Of a stretch of DNA of 64,000 nucleotides, positions 11,488 through 25,467 are shown piece by piece. This stretch comes from Dimargaris cristalligena (Eukaryota), in NCBI GenBank assembly GCA_003614675.1, contig ML002224.1:1-64000 (forward strand), read 5' to 3'. Made by a program: the position numbers and the translations under genes. Position 1 is the stretch's first letter. Each line of letters opens with the position of its first letter. The notes beneath the pieces are model-generated. The model made no database searches, was not told the origin of the DNA, and saw only the letters and a program-made list of their open reading frames with translations.

Positions 11488-13125
11488 ATGGTAGTTTGGG
11501 CGGATAATAATTACGAGGTGGGCGGTATCAAAGGAGTCGATTACACCGTTGCCTCGTACGACGACCAGAAAAATGACCTAAAAGATACGGGAGATGGTCC
11601 CTCTCCGGACGAACCTGCCAGCGACTCCAACGCACCCGTTGAATTACCACCGACCATGGGCGTGTTGAGCGGCACCGCCCTAGTTTGTGGCCTCATGATA
11701 GGTTCGGGGATTTTCTCGACCCCCGCCAATGTCCTAACTTTAACAGGTTCGGCGGGTGCTGCTCTTCTCGTCTGGGCCCTTGGGGCCATCATTACGCTCT
11801 GCGGTGCTCTGTCGTACGTCGAACTGGGTACCATGTTGCCTAAATCCGGAGGTGAACAGACCTACTTGGATTACGCCTTCCGCAAACCCCGCGCGCTACT
11901 GGCCTTTTTGTTCTGCTTCTGTGTCATTGTTTGTATTCGACCGGGATCAGCGGCGGCCAATTCCACCGTGTTCGGCAAGTACGTTTTATACGCCGGTTAC
12001 GGTCCCCGGGCCACCATCACCAACGCCTACGTCAGTGCCCATTTCGACTGGCTGGCCCGTGCTTTGGGGGTGACCTGTCTTACCCTCATCGCCATCCTCA
12101 ACTGTGTCTCGGTGAAATGGGCCCTCCGGGTCCATAACGTTCTCACTTGGATTAAGCTAATGACGCTCCTCCTGATATCCCTAACAGGTCTAGTCATTTT
12201 ATTCGGAGGGACCCACGTTGCCCGCAGTGACCTATGGGGCCAGGGGTTCCGTGGCACCACCACCAGCATGAACCAATACTCGCGGGCCCTCTACTCGGCC
12301 CTGTGGGCCTACGACGGCTGGAACAATCTCAACTATTCGCTGGGTGAACTCAAACGGCCCCGGCGTAACCTCCCCATTTGTGTCGTCGGGGGGGTTTCCC
12401 TCACCGCTGGCCTGTATTTGCTGACCAACGTTGCTTATTTCAGTGTCATTTCCCTCGCCGACGCCCACGATTCCAAGGAAGTGCTGGCCGGTCGGTGGGG
12501 CGACTTGGTGTTTGGCACCACTTTCGGTCGCATCATCATTCCGTTGGCTATTGCTATTTCGTGTGCCGGTAGCGTGTCCGCCATGATGTTCACCATTTCC
12601 CGAATTATCCTCGTCGCCGCCCAGGCGGGGTACATGCCCTACGGAGAGCGATTGGTGACCCTAAGCGAACGGTTCGGGACCCCTTACCGAGGGGTTCTAC
12701 TCCAATGGGCCCTCTCGCTAATCTATATGCTCGCCCCGCCCCCCGGCAACGTATTCGAATTCCTGGTGGATATGCAGAGTTACCCAACGTGGGTGTTTTA
12801 CGGCATCTCCCTCGTGGGCCTCATCTATCTCCGCTGGAAAGACCCGGGCAAACTGCGGCCTTTCCGCGTGTGGCTGCCTATCCCGATTATATTCATTTTG
12901 GCGACCGTGTTTTTATCGATTTTCCCATTCGTGCCCCCCACTAGCCCGCCGGATAGTGGTATTCCCTATTTCTTATCGGCCCTCATGGGTCTGGTGTATA
13001 TGCTCTTGGGTATCCCGGTGTGGTATTTCTTGGTTCATCGCAAAGACCGTAAATACGGCCCACCCCCCGGCCCCGACGAAGCCGAGAATTCCCTGTCCGT
13101 CGACGACTCTAGTATGAAACAATGA
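11488..13125 (+). CDS. APC-superfamily amino acid permease, LAT family (MUP1/MUP3-like methionine permease)
   Basis: 545-aa ORF with about 12 hydrophobic segments and LAT motifs MIGSGIFSTP, LSYVELGTMLPKSGGEQTYL, LWAYDGWNNLNY..GELKRPRRNLP and RPFRVWLPIP. Confidence 0.92.
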   Translation: MVVWADNNYEVGGIKGVDYTVASYDDQKNDLKDTGDGPSPDEPASDSNAPVELPPTMGVLSGTALVCGLMIGSGIFSTPANVLTLTGSAGAALLVWALGAIITLCGALSYVELGTMLPKSGGEQTYLDYAFRKPRALLAFLFCFCVIVCIRPGSAAANSTVFGKYVLYAGYGPRATITNAYVSAHFDWLARALGVTCLTLIAILNCVSVKWALRVHNVLTWIKLMTLLLISLTGLVILFGGTHVARSDLWGQGFRGTTTSMNQYSRALYSALWAYDGWNNLNYSLGELKRPRRNLPICVVGGVSLTAGLYLLTNVAYFSVISLADAHDSKEVLAGRWGDLVFGTTFGRIIIPLAIAISCAGSVSAMMFTISRIILVAAQAGYMPYGERLVTLSERFGTPYRGVLLQWALSLIYMLAPPPGNVFEFLVDMQSYPTWVFYGISLVGLIYLRWKDPGKLRPFRVWLPIPIIFILATVFLSIFPFVPPTSPPDSGIPYFLSALMGLVYMLLGIPVWYFLVHRKDRKYGPPPGPDEAENSLSVDDSSMKQ

Positions 13126-15232
13126 AGCGGATTTCGTCGGCCAAAGAGGAAATCGATGTTCGATTCGAATGACACGCCCTTCTAAACGCGGGCCATTAAA
13201 ACCCACTTCATTGTTTCATACTAGTGGTCATACTTCACACCAAATGCTCTAATAATGTAAATGTAATATAGCTAAATCGGCGTTTATGTCCACACGAGCT
13301 ATCGCTTTAGTTACCCTGTACCCCTTCAAAAAACAAAAAACACAACCAGCCACTGGCAATATTCAACTAGGATTATACGTGATTGTTTTTATTTACTTAT
13401 TGGTTTGCGGGTGCGGCTCCACGGCGATTTACATGGATTGGGCCGTTGAGAGCCCAATGGAGGCCTGTAATTGATGGAGTTGTTGTTGGCCTTGGGAGCG
13501 CAGCGATTTGATAATTGCCTAGAGTTTGGAGGCATTTGGCCGATCCGTAATAGTTATCGGCCCAGCATAAAGGGATGAGTGTAAACATAGCGGATCAAGA
13601 TAAGTGAGTTGGAAATATCAAACAGCGGTAACAGTGCTCAATAGGTTTAAGTCGATCGCGGTCAAGCAGACCGATATCTGCTATGGTTTGCACCTTCATT
13701 AGGTGTAGGTCGATACAGTATTGTTTTTTGTTTTTTTTTCGTGAAAGCCAATTCATGGCCATTTTTAGATAGATATCTAATCATATCCAGGACCCATTTT
13801 TCACTAAAGATCAGCCGCAAAGTTTAATTGTAATAGGCCCAAACATTTACATTTTGTTTATTCAACCACAGGTTGATTCCCAGGCCGTCCGGGTATAATC
13901 CCATGGGGAGACCGAAATAATATTGCCAATTAGTCGCTTACTTACCCGATCCTGGACGTTTCGGTTACGTTCGAATTCCTCCCGTACCCACCGTTGTAGT
14001 TCTACACGGCTGTTCTTATCGTCGATTTCTACATATTGTTTTCCAGTAAGGTTTACAAAGGATAGCTGTTTGATAAGTTGAGTGCATGAATTTGCAAATA
14101 GACCCGGTGGAGTGTTTAGGTGAAAAGCACATCCCGATCGTAGTATCTAATTGGTAGTATTTGATGGGTGGGGTCCCGAATCCATAATTATGAACTAGCC
14201 GAAATACCTCTACAATCAATTTAATAGACCGCACTTACTATGAGTACAGCGAACAAAACTTCGATAGAGGTGAAGAACGCTTTGCCGGGTCATAAACTTA
14301 ATGATATCCGATTTTTTTTAATAAAAAAATCAACAAGATATCCAATTTGGTTAGAAGCGTTCACAATAATAAATAATCTTCAGAATAATAAACATACCGG
14401 TTATTGGCATCCGGATGAAAAGACACATCAATACGGTTTTGATATTCAAGTTGGGGAACGTGGATTTACTATACACAATAGGAATACCGCCTAATAGTCA
14501 CAGGTGTAGTGCTGTGGAAGGAGGGGGGCGATTGCTATTCGGAGATCTCTTGATTTCACAGGGCCCTTCAACCCGGAGGGATATAACTTACATCCTGAAG
14601 TGAGGGACCGGACGGTAGATTCCGTCGAAGGTACCTAGTGGGAACTGTCATATTGTTGTGGTGGTGTATGCGTGTGTGTGTGTGTGTGTTGAGGGGGGGG
14701 GTGCCGGTGTTTAAATCTTGGAATGAGGATTCGACCCGATTCAATCAGAAGAGACTGGATTCACAATGTCTAAAGTCGTTTTAGGGAAGGAAAAGAAGCG
14801 GGGTTTAGCCCAAACGAATGGGTATTGAAGGAAATGGCCATTCAGGTTCAAGAGACTGAGGCTGGAGGGGGAAACGGGCTACTTAAACGAGCGTAAGGCC
14901 TGTATATGGTACTGGCGATTCATTTATTATGGGGCATACTATAGTGTCGTAGTTTAAATGCCTTGGCCACTTGAATGCTGCTTCCTCTGCCTTGGACTAA
15001 CTATGCAAGGCATTTGAACCCATTATTTCTACTGGTGAAAGGATTCAACAGCAGGTCTACTATACTTCTTCCTCCAGCCCCGCCCTCTCCCTTTGCTCGA
15101 TTCTCACCCATTGCCAACTTTTATTTATTTAGTTATTTCCCCTGAACCCCACGGCACTACGTTCGGGGTTGCCTCTCTAGCCCCACTTATTTTTAGTACC
15201 ACCCCTCGGTCTGCTTTAATCAACCCTCTGTC

Positions 15233-16690
15233 ATGACGGACATCACGTCGACCTCGTCCGGTACCCAAACCCAGGTTGCCTCCGCCGTTCGCTTTGTGCA
15301 ATACGAAGGCGAGCACCAATTGTCCGGCATGCGGGAGCTCATTAGCGGCGACCTCTCGGAACCTTATTCCATCTACACTTACCGGTACTTCCTCCACAAA
15401 TGGCCCAAGCATTGCTACCTTGTAAGTGACCTTCACAGTTCCAGCTTCGTTGCCGGTTCCCCGGGCCCGGTTGTTTACTGCATAATACGGGCGGGTGTTC
15501 ATTTGCCGACATTATTATATCTATAACCCCCCCCCCCCCCAAAATGGCACAAAGTAGAGTCGTTCCAACTATACCAGCCCTATAATTTCATTATGTTGTT
15601 ACTAGGGACAATACACCCCCCGATACTATCCCTCGTTCACCCCCTTTTAAGGTAACATCTGGCCGCCGCTCTTATTTATTTATTTTTCGGTTGTAAGCTA
15701 ACCCGACCCTATTTACTTTGTGCTTATTTCTTCCTCCCCCATTTTAGGCCATTGACCAACAAGGCAAGTGTGTTGGAACGGTAGTTTGCCGACTAGACTA
15801 CCACCGCAATACCCTGCCCTTTGATTACCAGACCTTCGAGTCGGATTCAGACAGCGAAGAATTCGACGAGGGCATTCAGGTCCGCTATGTGGATGGGCTC
15901 GTGGTCCCCAATTCTCTACTACGTGGCTACATTGCCATGTTGGTCGTGGCGACTCCCTACCGCAAGTTTGGCATTGGTAAGCACCATCAACCACTAGCAT
16001 ATCTATGAATACCACCGGTTTTGCCTTTTATTTTTCCGGCTCTACTGGAAGGCAAAATACTTTTACCGATTAGGCCCTACGGTAATAATCGAAGTGGCAC
16101 CCTATAATCAACGAGTCCTAGAGTAAGGTCTCGTTAGGAAGGGGGGCGTGAGTTGGGCTACCCTACTTATATTGAAATCAATACATGGAAATCAGCGAGG
16201 TGCAACAATAATGGGTTAGATCCCAATATGCGTTATTCTAATGCACTTCATTAACCGACCTTGTTGTATGGTGCTGCTATTATATACCACGGTCGGGGTA
16301 AAATCGACCATTTCAACTCGCAGGTTCAGAGTTAGTAACTATGGCCATTGACTCCATGCGCCAGGAAAAGGCCAACGAGGTAATTGACGCCAAACCTATC
16401 TAATGTATAATAACTATACGTAGACATGTTCTCCTATCTCATTTATTCAGTAGTATACATAGATTCCTCGACTTATTGTAATTTATATATATATTGCGTC
16501 ACTCCATTCCTTCATTTCCAATCAATAGATTGTTCTTGAAACTGAAGTATCCAACCATGGCGCTATTGCCCTTTACCAACGTCTCGGCTTCATCAAAGAC
16601 AAACGCCTGCACCGCTACTACCTCAACGGCGTGGACGCATTCCGCTTGAAATTGCGTCTACCTCATCCCGAACCAAATCGGCCAGAATAA
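15233..16690 (+). CDS. MAK3: NatC catalytic subunit N-alpha-acetyltransferase 30 (4 exons)
   Basis: Exons 15233-15421, 15748-15976, 16324-16379, 16529-16690 join in frame across GT-AG introns. Motifs: [78 protein letters not shown]. Confidence 0.95.
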
Positions 16691-17601
16691 CTCTACTTTC
16701 ACCTTCCAGTACACACCTCCTATCTCTCTTTTCTTTTATATTTCTGCCATCTCGTAAACGGATTGTATTGATATCGACTCTCGTATATAGCATTAATTTC
16801 GACCATTTCCCCCCATAATCCACTGGGTATTTGTAACTCCCCCAAAAATAAGCAACATAAATCAACTTGACATTTGGTTTAATTGGCTCGTTATTCTAGA
16901 GGACTGATTAACCCGCCTAGTCTGTCTTCTTCTACCAGTGCATTTATATTTCCATCCACACGGATGTTTCTTTCATGTCCATTTTTTTATTAGTAAGTAA
17001 AAATAGGGCGTGGTATATCGCTGTTCCAATCCGGCCTACTCTTTGTGGTAAACTGTATAGGACGTACTTCTACAGTTATAAATCACCATACGATTCCTAA
17101 TCATCATCCGCGAGAGAAGTATGCAAATATAGGAAAATAGGACCCATGACGTTGAAAATCATGGGCTGTCGAGATAGCTATTACTATTTGCATAGGGCAT
17201 TGGCCAAGCAGACCGTGATTCCTGGCTAACCAGTTCCTCTGAGCTGAACGAATCGGTAATGTGTTGGTGGCACTATACTATAGTAGTTGCCTAGTATAGA
17301 TGTGCAGAAAACCATATACTAACAGGGTGGTTATGACAGGGAATTGCGACATAGGGTGGCTTCTATTATACGAATGAGGTAGGCTTGGATAAAAGTAGGT
17401 GGTGGTGGTGGTATGACTCTGTACGAAGATGGTGGAGGGGGTGGTATTGACTAGTCCTAGAATTCAGTGTACCCAACGTGTACTGTGTTTCGCTCTTTCA
17501 TTATCTCTTACGATGTAGAGTTTGCGGCATAAAAATAAGACGCTCGTCCAAAGCCACCGTATTCTAGAGCACTGACCAGTAGGTGGGTTTTTGTTGTGTT
17601 A

Positions 17602-18774
17602 CTAGGTAGATCGGGGAGTTTCGTTAGCTCTTTGGAAGTAGAGATGCGGAAGTGCTTCGGTTTTGGAAAACCCGTCCAAGTTAGGCGGGATATATATCTT
17701 GGGTGGTTCCGCCGATCTTGGTTTAGGGGACCGTTCCTAAATCGAAGTTCAATACGAGGTTCCGAGAGGGGGTGTGAGGGGTATCGTATAAAAAGGATAT
17801 GGCGTGTGAGTGAAGAGTGGAACGAGCCAGGGGTGTGTGGTCGAAATATATCATTTTACACGAGGGGTCGTTAATTTTTGGGAGGGGGGAGGGAATTGAG
17901 GCGGAATAGGGTCAAAATCTACAGTTAACCTACCATGGCGTTATTGTAGTAGGGTGACCGGGTCCCATCGCCATTGTTGGCCGTTTGCTTCTCCGTGGAA
18001 TTTGGCGCAGATGCCGCGGGCTGGGCACTCAAGCGTTTCGCCAGCTGAGAGGGGCGAGGACGGAGTCCATAAAGGTAATATATGTATATGTGTATATAAA
18101 ACAAATGGCCATACGGTATTTCGGTTAACTAGTGTCCGTGTATTTTCGGATATGATAATTAGAGCGTCGGGTAATCGGGACATTGGCCTCGACCGACTGA
18201 ATAGTACTCTGGTAGTATTGCGCACAGATCTACTTACTTCGACAGTCGACTTCTCTGAATCCCGGTGGAAGCCCTCCAAAGTACCCTTTAGCATCCCAAA
18301 CAGTCGCTTGCCACGTTGCTTGCCCTCTCCGTCCATTTGGCTCTAGGGATTTGATTAAGGAAGCAGGCAATTATTCGTGAAAACAGCATATAGGGTTAGC
18401 GGGCGATTCCTTGGACACGTTATCTTTTCACTGGGGCGCCCATATGGGAGCACGGGGAGGGGGGGTATATAATTTTAGGTGTAGGTGTCACAATACGAGT
18501 GGCCCAGACGAGGGGTTTGTAGGGTATTATGGCTATCGTTTAAATAATCCCCTTGAGCCACTCGGTTATTAATATGCATGTGTAGAAGTCGATAGTATAA
18601 GTCAAGAACGGGGGGAGATGGTCTGAATTTTACCTCGCGGCGCTCCCGTTTGGGCACTAACTCGGAAGAATTCGTCCGATTCCGCAGGACGCCCTCCTCG
18701 GGTTTGGCAGAACCCACGATAGAGATGGTCGACCCGACCGTGTTATGCGACTTGCGCCTTGCTTGCCGGGGCAT
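17602..18774 (-). CDS. Short pinin/SDK/memA-domain protein (4 exons, ~163 aa)
   Basis: Exons 18774-18634, 18342-18238, 18044-17934, 17736-17602 with phase-0 GT-AG introns. KQRGKRLFGMLKGTLEGF matches the pinin RLFGxLxGTL motif; GFSKTEALPHLYF resembles the pinin C-terminal FxxTxxxPxxYY motif. Confidence 0.7.
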
Positions 18775-20070
18775 GATCTAGTTAACTGGTAGTGAAGGGG
18801 GGGAAGTGTGAGAGAAAATATAGGAATGTAGACTGAATACACCGGCGTACCCCTTTGTAGGACTAAGTCGCCCGAGCAGGGAGTAGTAAACACAAGCAAT
18901 GGCGGTTAAAAAAGGTTAGTTAGTTAGTTGGTTAGTTAGAAAAGGGTATTGGGTAAACCGAATGGATGAATAAGTCTACGTTGACTGGGTGAAATAAACC
19001 TCTGGGAGGGGCAGTATGGCAACAGCTGGGGCTCCCTCCCCACTTCCAACTTATGGAAAGTTAGCCACGTCTTTTCGGTGCGGGTCGAGTGTGGTGGAGT
19101 GTTGGCGACCGTATGCACGGTTGTCGTCTGGTCATTAGGTGGTGGAGGCCGGATGTGGGAGGGGAGGGTCAATCGAGTTAGTAGGCCAGGTTAGGGGGGA
19201 CGCGAAGAAGAAGCTATACTATTTTTCCTGATTTTGTTGGCAGTCAGGGGTTTTCTCTCCCCAAAGACTCACTCGATAAATAGGTCTCGACAGGGTGTCC
19301 AATTCCTTTATTAATATTAGAAGTGCAGCTGTTATAGTTATGAAGTATCTGGTATAACTCCACATGGTATATTAGTCATCAGGGCATATACCGCGGGACA
19401 TGGGTGGATATTAGGGTCAGGTATTCGATATTTATTAAAGGTGTGGGATTAGATTCTAAATTATAAGTAAACGGTATATAAACGGACTGCCAAGGCACTG
19501 GTATAGTGTAGAGCATATGGAAGGAGAGTTGTATTCAATAAATTACACTACCCACAATTGCCCATAATAGTCAATGTAATGCAGTGTATAAAAATAGGAA
19601 GGGAAGAGAGGAGAAGAGGTGGGGGGGTGGTTCAACTTTGCCTGGTTCATTTAAGGTCGCTTCAGAAGTGAAAAAGGGGTGGAAACCCACTCGGCATTAC
19701 TTGTGTAGCTTTTGGGGCTCTTGCCAGTTTTTGGTGCCTAAAGGGATATAATTAAAATAAAGGAAGGGCGAGGCAAAGTTAATATACAGCATATTCAAAT
19801 CACACTAACCCGAACTTGGGGCCGTTTTTAAACACGAACCCGCACATTTTGTGTCCACCTGCGCGGTAGCTTAAAAGTGAGTTCGATACCCTTTATGTAG
19901 GCTTGCCTTCTAAACTAAAGAGAAGGGAGAGGGTATTTACATGACCAAAACCCCCAAAAGCAAGTGAGCAACGTCTTCAACTTTCAGCCCATTGGGAAAG
20001 GAGAAGGTGTGTGTTATATACATTCAAGTCCTCCGCTCCACCCCTCTAAGCTAATCTATGACAAATAAAA

Positions 20071-22432
20071 TCACTCATAGTTGGGATCCGCACCTTCTAC
20101 TTGAACATTTTTGGACCAGGATTCCATCATGCCGCGGACCTTCTCGTAGACCATGAAGGTGATGGCCTGGCCAGGAGCGACCCGGAGCAGGCGGGGGGTT
20201 AGGCCCTTGTAGAAACCGCGATAGCCCTATATATCCATCAAGTGGTAACCATTATATTTCGATAAAAAAGGCATAGATTGGCGGTTAGATCAAGCGTCTA
20301 TATTGGGGGTAATGAGAATGTTTCCTCCGTTTGGGAACGTCAAAGTACGGTCCGGGTTGGATGCAATATTGGTATCCAAAAACGATATGGCTAATTACAT
20401 AAAAAACCAAATAGCCAAAAGGCATTAGCGGGGAAAATATCACTTACGTCGCTGGCGATGATCTCAGAGCAGACCACCTTGAAGCGCTTGAAGCCAGACT
20501 GGCCCGAGGGGAAGGGCGTCTTCTGGATACGGGTCTTGATGGTATCGATGGGGGCATTGGAAAGAGGGCCTATCAGGTTGGAATGAAGGATACCGTAGTA
20601 TTAAAATAATAGCATTAGCAGCAAACTCCAGCGATGGCAACAGTAGGCTGCCAACCTCCAGTGAATTATATAGGCATGTTTCTGGAGGTTAATTATCCCC
20701 AAAACCCACAGGATTGGGTGTATTTTTCAGTCCCAACGCATATTTAGGCCATTCGTAGTAACAATAATCGATATATAGTGAATGGAAGGGGGACACTGGT
20801 CGGATCATTAAAAACCTATATTTAACTTACCCATGGCGCCGGATAGACCACCAATAACCAGGTGCTGGTAGCTGGGCAGTTCCTTGCGGTCGGGCTGCCA
20901 TTTAAGTAGCAGCGTCTTGAGTTCCTGGTAGGCGGTGAAATTGGCGGCCTGGTTAGTGGCTAGGGACGGACGATGGATCAATTATAGCAGATTAGAGCAA
21001 TGTGGGGTGTTAATGTAAATCGGATTTGGCGACGATACTCGGGAAAAAGACGGTCCGTGCTAAGTCGCAAGTGATATATAAAGATATGTATATTGGCCTA
21101 TGGATAGGTTGACTATACGGTACCTTGTCGGAGGGCAGTCAGAGTAACACCCTTGTATAGGGCACCGGCACCCTCTTCTTTGATAATCAGGTAGGTAGCG
21201 TGAGCAGCGTTGCGATACTTGGGGGTGTCCAAAGGGTCCATCATGGAGTGGCGCTGGGCCTGCAGACGAATCTTGATTACATCCATGGGAGTCACCACCA
21301 TAACGGCTTCGGTGACACCGGCCGACAGACCGGCTATATGGAAGTAATAGTAAAGGGAGGGAGGGGGGTGACAGAGAATATCATAATGCGGATAGTTTAG
21401 TTATAAAGGTAATGTGGTCCAAATGTGATTCCGGCTACCCAACCACGGCGCCGACAGTGTATTTGCCGAATAGCCCTCTTTATAAATCGATAATAAACTG
21501 GCAACCTACCGAAAAAGACGCCACCCATGGAGGGCTTGCCGGTCTCGGGATTCGCCAACAGCGACTTGTAGTACTCGAAGCTGGAGAAGCGAATGGCCAT
21601 CTTGGGCACAATACCGGCAGTCACGGCACCGAGTCCCTTGTACAGGGCGAGGAAGCCCTCGTTCTGGACGATGCGGGAACCGACCCCTAGAAAACTGGTA
21701 CGAACGGCACTGCCGTTGGCATTGACCTATTTTACGGGATAATAGGTATAATAGGTTATTGGGGAAATAAACCGGTTTAGGAAAATAGATAAGTAATAGT
21801 CACCTTGCGTACGAACCCGCTGTGCCTCGATAGCCAATGGAGTGTCAGCAATGTGACTGGCTATGCGGGCGGAGAGAGGTGTTCATGTGGATCACGATGC
21901 CCCCCTACACCACATTAGTGGTGGTGCTGGGTTGGCTGGGGGTATAGGGAGCAAGTGAAGAAAGAAAAGAGAGAAGAGAGTGGTATAACTATAGCGCCCC
22001 CCACCATTCACAGCACGTGAAAGTGCCGGTGGATGACGGTGGAGATGTTGTTTCCCCCTCCTCTCTCCCCTTGTTGGTATGTGGCCTTCATATGTGTGGG
22101 GGGGGTATAAAGCTACGTTCCTCGCAAGGTATAGAGCGAAAGACAACCCTCATTGAAGAGGATATATACAGAGTGGCAGATGGCTGGGGCGGGGCTAACA
22201 AGGCCTATATATCAGAACAACCTACACCCCCACCAAATACAATGTAAAGTCGGACTCTGGATATATATAATAGTACCACTATACTTACAGCCGTCTTAAG
22301 CTTGTTGCGGAGCTGCATCCGCACCTTGATGGTATCCAAAGGATGGCAGACGAGGGCTTCCATGAACCCGGCCGAACCACCCGCAATCAGGTGGACTGAA
22401 AGGGATTTTCTCTGGCCGTCGGCTTTTGACAT
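20071..22432 (-). CDS. SFC1: Mitochondrial succinate/fumarate carrier (6 exons)
   Basis: Exons 22432-22289, 21726-21510, 21333-21124, 20959-20831, 20569-20448, 20226-20071. Three Px[DE]xxKxRxQ repeats; SFC1-type motifs EALVCHPLDTIKVRMQL, GIVPKMAIRFSSFE, QRHSMMDPLDTPKYRNAAHA, TALRQATNQAANFTAYQ, RVAPGQAITF. Confidence 0.93.
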
Positions 22433-25371
22433 GGCTAATGGATATGCTGGTAGTGGAGGAAGAGGGCGAATTAAATAGACCTAGGCGGCGAAATAGCTCA
22501 CTCGGAGTGCTGTTGATACGATGTCAAAAATTGGGTGACGTTAAAATAATATTAATAAGAAAGGTGAGGGGGGAATAGTTCGGTAGATATAAAAATAATG
22601 AAATAGTAAGTAGTAGTGGGAAGAAGAGACTCGCTGGGAAATAAACGCGCTAAAATAAATCCTTGTGATTGAATTATCACTAGCAATGCTTAAAAACCGG
22701 GGCAAAGGGAAGAATTAGAAAATATATAGAAGGAGGAGTCGAACTAAGTCAGGGCAGGAGTGAGGTAGGCTATATAAGCGGATTATATATATATATATAT
22801 ATATGTCGGAGGGGTGAATAATAGATAACTTGGGAAAAGCGAATAGTAGTAGTGGGTCATAAGGCGAGGGGAAAGATATCGTCGACCTGGAGAGGGCGTG
22901 AAGGCGATTGGAAAGCTTGGAAATGGAAGAGAGAGATAATACCATCATCTCCATAGTATCCTATGCTATGCTAATAATAGTAGAAGAATAAGCTAGTCAC
23001 GGACATGTGCCAGACCGAAATGTACCCCCCGTATCCGGTTGGTGTGGCCTTCCTCCCATACGCCATTCTTTTCTTTGGGTCCCTTTCTTCTTTAGTATTC
23101 TAGCCACCCCTACACGACCCAATATAGCCAAACTAGAGGAATGTAGGTTGAGCAGGCCTGGCGAATTACCTCTAACGAATCCCACAGACGCACCAAAGTC
23201 CCGAAAGCGAAGTAGCTGGGAAGCCTTATCCCATTCGCCTGTCGGAACCAGGTCAGGCAGGTGGACTGTCCAATCAATGGCAGGTGAAGATAGCTATCCC
23301 TCGTGAAGCACAGCCATCAGAAGGAAAAACGGGCGAGAGGAGAGAGAGAGAGGGAATCCCACCCAAATCAAAGGAGCCGCGTCTATTAGGTAGTAGTAGT
23401 AGGCCTTCTGTATAGAGTGCCACGAAACCAAGAGTGCGAATAATATAAACGGGCCAGCGGGGTGCAAGCACGGGCTGATTTCCCAAGCTACCCCCGAAGT
23501 AATGAGTCAGCGCTCGAGAACCCATTAGGTAAGGTCCGAAACGGTCTAATTTATGCCATTAGAGGCCTATTAACTTGTAATTAACGAAGCGAATCCAACC
23601 CGCTCTTCTTCTGGTGGTAAACTGGGCGGGCCATTCATTACAGAATCCGTCCAGGCTCTCGCATGACGTTAAGGCGTGGGCCTTTTGTTGGCTTACGTAG
23701 ACCGGAGAAGGTGATGGCCAAAGGGTCGTAGTCTCCCCCAAGAGTTGAGCGCGGGGTTCAGCCGGCAATTCCAAAATAGGCCGAAATCCCACCATAGATC
23801 TCATACATGGCCGAGATTATCAGTCGGAGTACTGAGGATGAGAGCGCGGGGCATCCTATGTTGAACCCCACGTGTGGTTTCATCAAGACCCGGTGGAGAG
23901 CATGTAAAGGGTGTTTCCAGCTAGCCGCCTTTTCCGACATATTTCACCCATAAATCTCCACCTCCCATATCACCGTAACCGGATAAACCGGAAGTCAGGA
24001 AAAACACAGTGCATCATCGACCGGGTCCCATACGTCAAAATGTGCCTTAATTTCCGTGGAATCTGATACTCAATACAGTTAACCATTGCCAACCCCCTAT
24101 AACACGTGTTGTACCACTTAGGAACTAACTGTGAAGGAGGGAGGATGCTACATGTATCAAACAATTTATCATATAATCACCTCTTTTGCTATACCCTGGC
24201 CTGAGATAGTGGTGTTCTTAAATGTAGTCCGTTTTGGGCATGAATGATCGAAATGCCGGCTCCAATTATCATGATGGTGTGGTTTTGGTCGGTTTACAAG
24301 GGTGGGGTTTTAATGACCTAAGTTGACCCATTACGTCCGCCAATTTAAGCATTGCTGAGTCACTTGGGTCGGATATTGAATGGATATAGAATACGGAAGC
24401 TCATAATAAAACGATTCATGTGGCATATTTGAACCGGGCAACTCAATTAATCATCCACCACAGATGTTACTGGGCAACCAGTCACAGAGGAAGGCAGCCA
24501 TTATTGACCAGTATGGTAAAGGTATAGCAAGGGTAAATCACGCACCCCTCCTCCAAGAGGCCAACCAAGCCACAGACAGAATTGCCGGATTGGCTAGCTA
24601 ATCAATACCACTTTTTTGGTCTCACCTGACGAGGCTGCCTTATCTATTTTGCCTTTCGTTATAATAGACGTGGGCCATTGAATGGGGAAGAGATAACATA
24701 TACTATGTGTATTACCGGAATTCTGGTATTGCAGGGGTTTAGAAGAGGAGGGCGCGGGGCCATTACAGTCCCACCTTACTTTAAAACAAGGCAAGCCCTT
24801 CATGGATCTCAAGCGCCTGGTACATATACCCATTAATCACAGATGGCTAGTATACGAGAAGTACACTGGGCTGCGCAATACATAGTGCAACCATTGGAAG
24901 GGGACGACTCTACTAGCGATGCCGAGGTCACCTGATCCTCCCATCGTAAAGACACCACTGCCCAAGGGGCAAAGAACGGTTACCGACCCTATCAGCATGT
25001 TAATTACCCTAAGATATAAATGAGATATTGATTTACATACCTTGCCTTCATCCCACTCGAAACCCTACTTGGTTGCCATGTCAGGCCCTAGCCCAACTCG
25101 GCCCGAACGTAACAGTAGGTCGTGTCGCCTGTAGTAGTAGTAAGCCTTTACTAGCACTGTGCATCTTACAATTTCACTGATCCAGTGTTTTGTTTTTGAG
25201 TAGATTTAAGCAATCCTTTCATAAGCCAACATTGCCCATGTATCATGTGATCCGTACCAACCAAATATCGATTTAATCCAATCCGACGATCAAATACCAA
25301 CTCCTTGCTGCTATATTCCAATAGGGTTGAGAGTTTAGTTGGTGATATGCTGGGACCATCAACTGGCCTAG

Positions 25372-25467
25372 AATGAAGCAAATACTTCTGGTTAAAAATA
25401 TATTACCCAGCTATTATCCCATATACATATTATTCAAAACCCCATACAGCTGGGCTGAATGTTACTC
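25372..25467 (-). mobile_element. Degenerate, truncated copy of the ~140-bp MITE
   Basis: atgaagcaaatacttctggttaaaaata...cccatatacatatt...aaaaccccatacagctgggctgaat aligns by eye to the reverse complement of the 44458-44598 copy; one end is missing. Confidence 0.6.

Noticed and set aside
13891..13991. tRNA-like GTTCGAAT with a gggta...taccc pairing
   Set aside because: The T-stem does not pair and there is no D-arm or anticodon arm.
14592..14640. ctgaagtgag...gacgg/ccgtc hairpin...gaa resembling a hammerhead ribozyme
   Set aside because: The core is not CUGANGA/GAAA and stems I and III cannot be formed.
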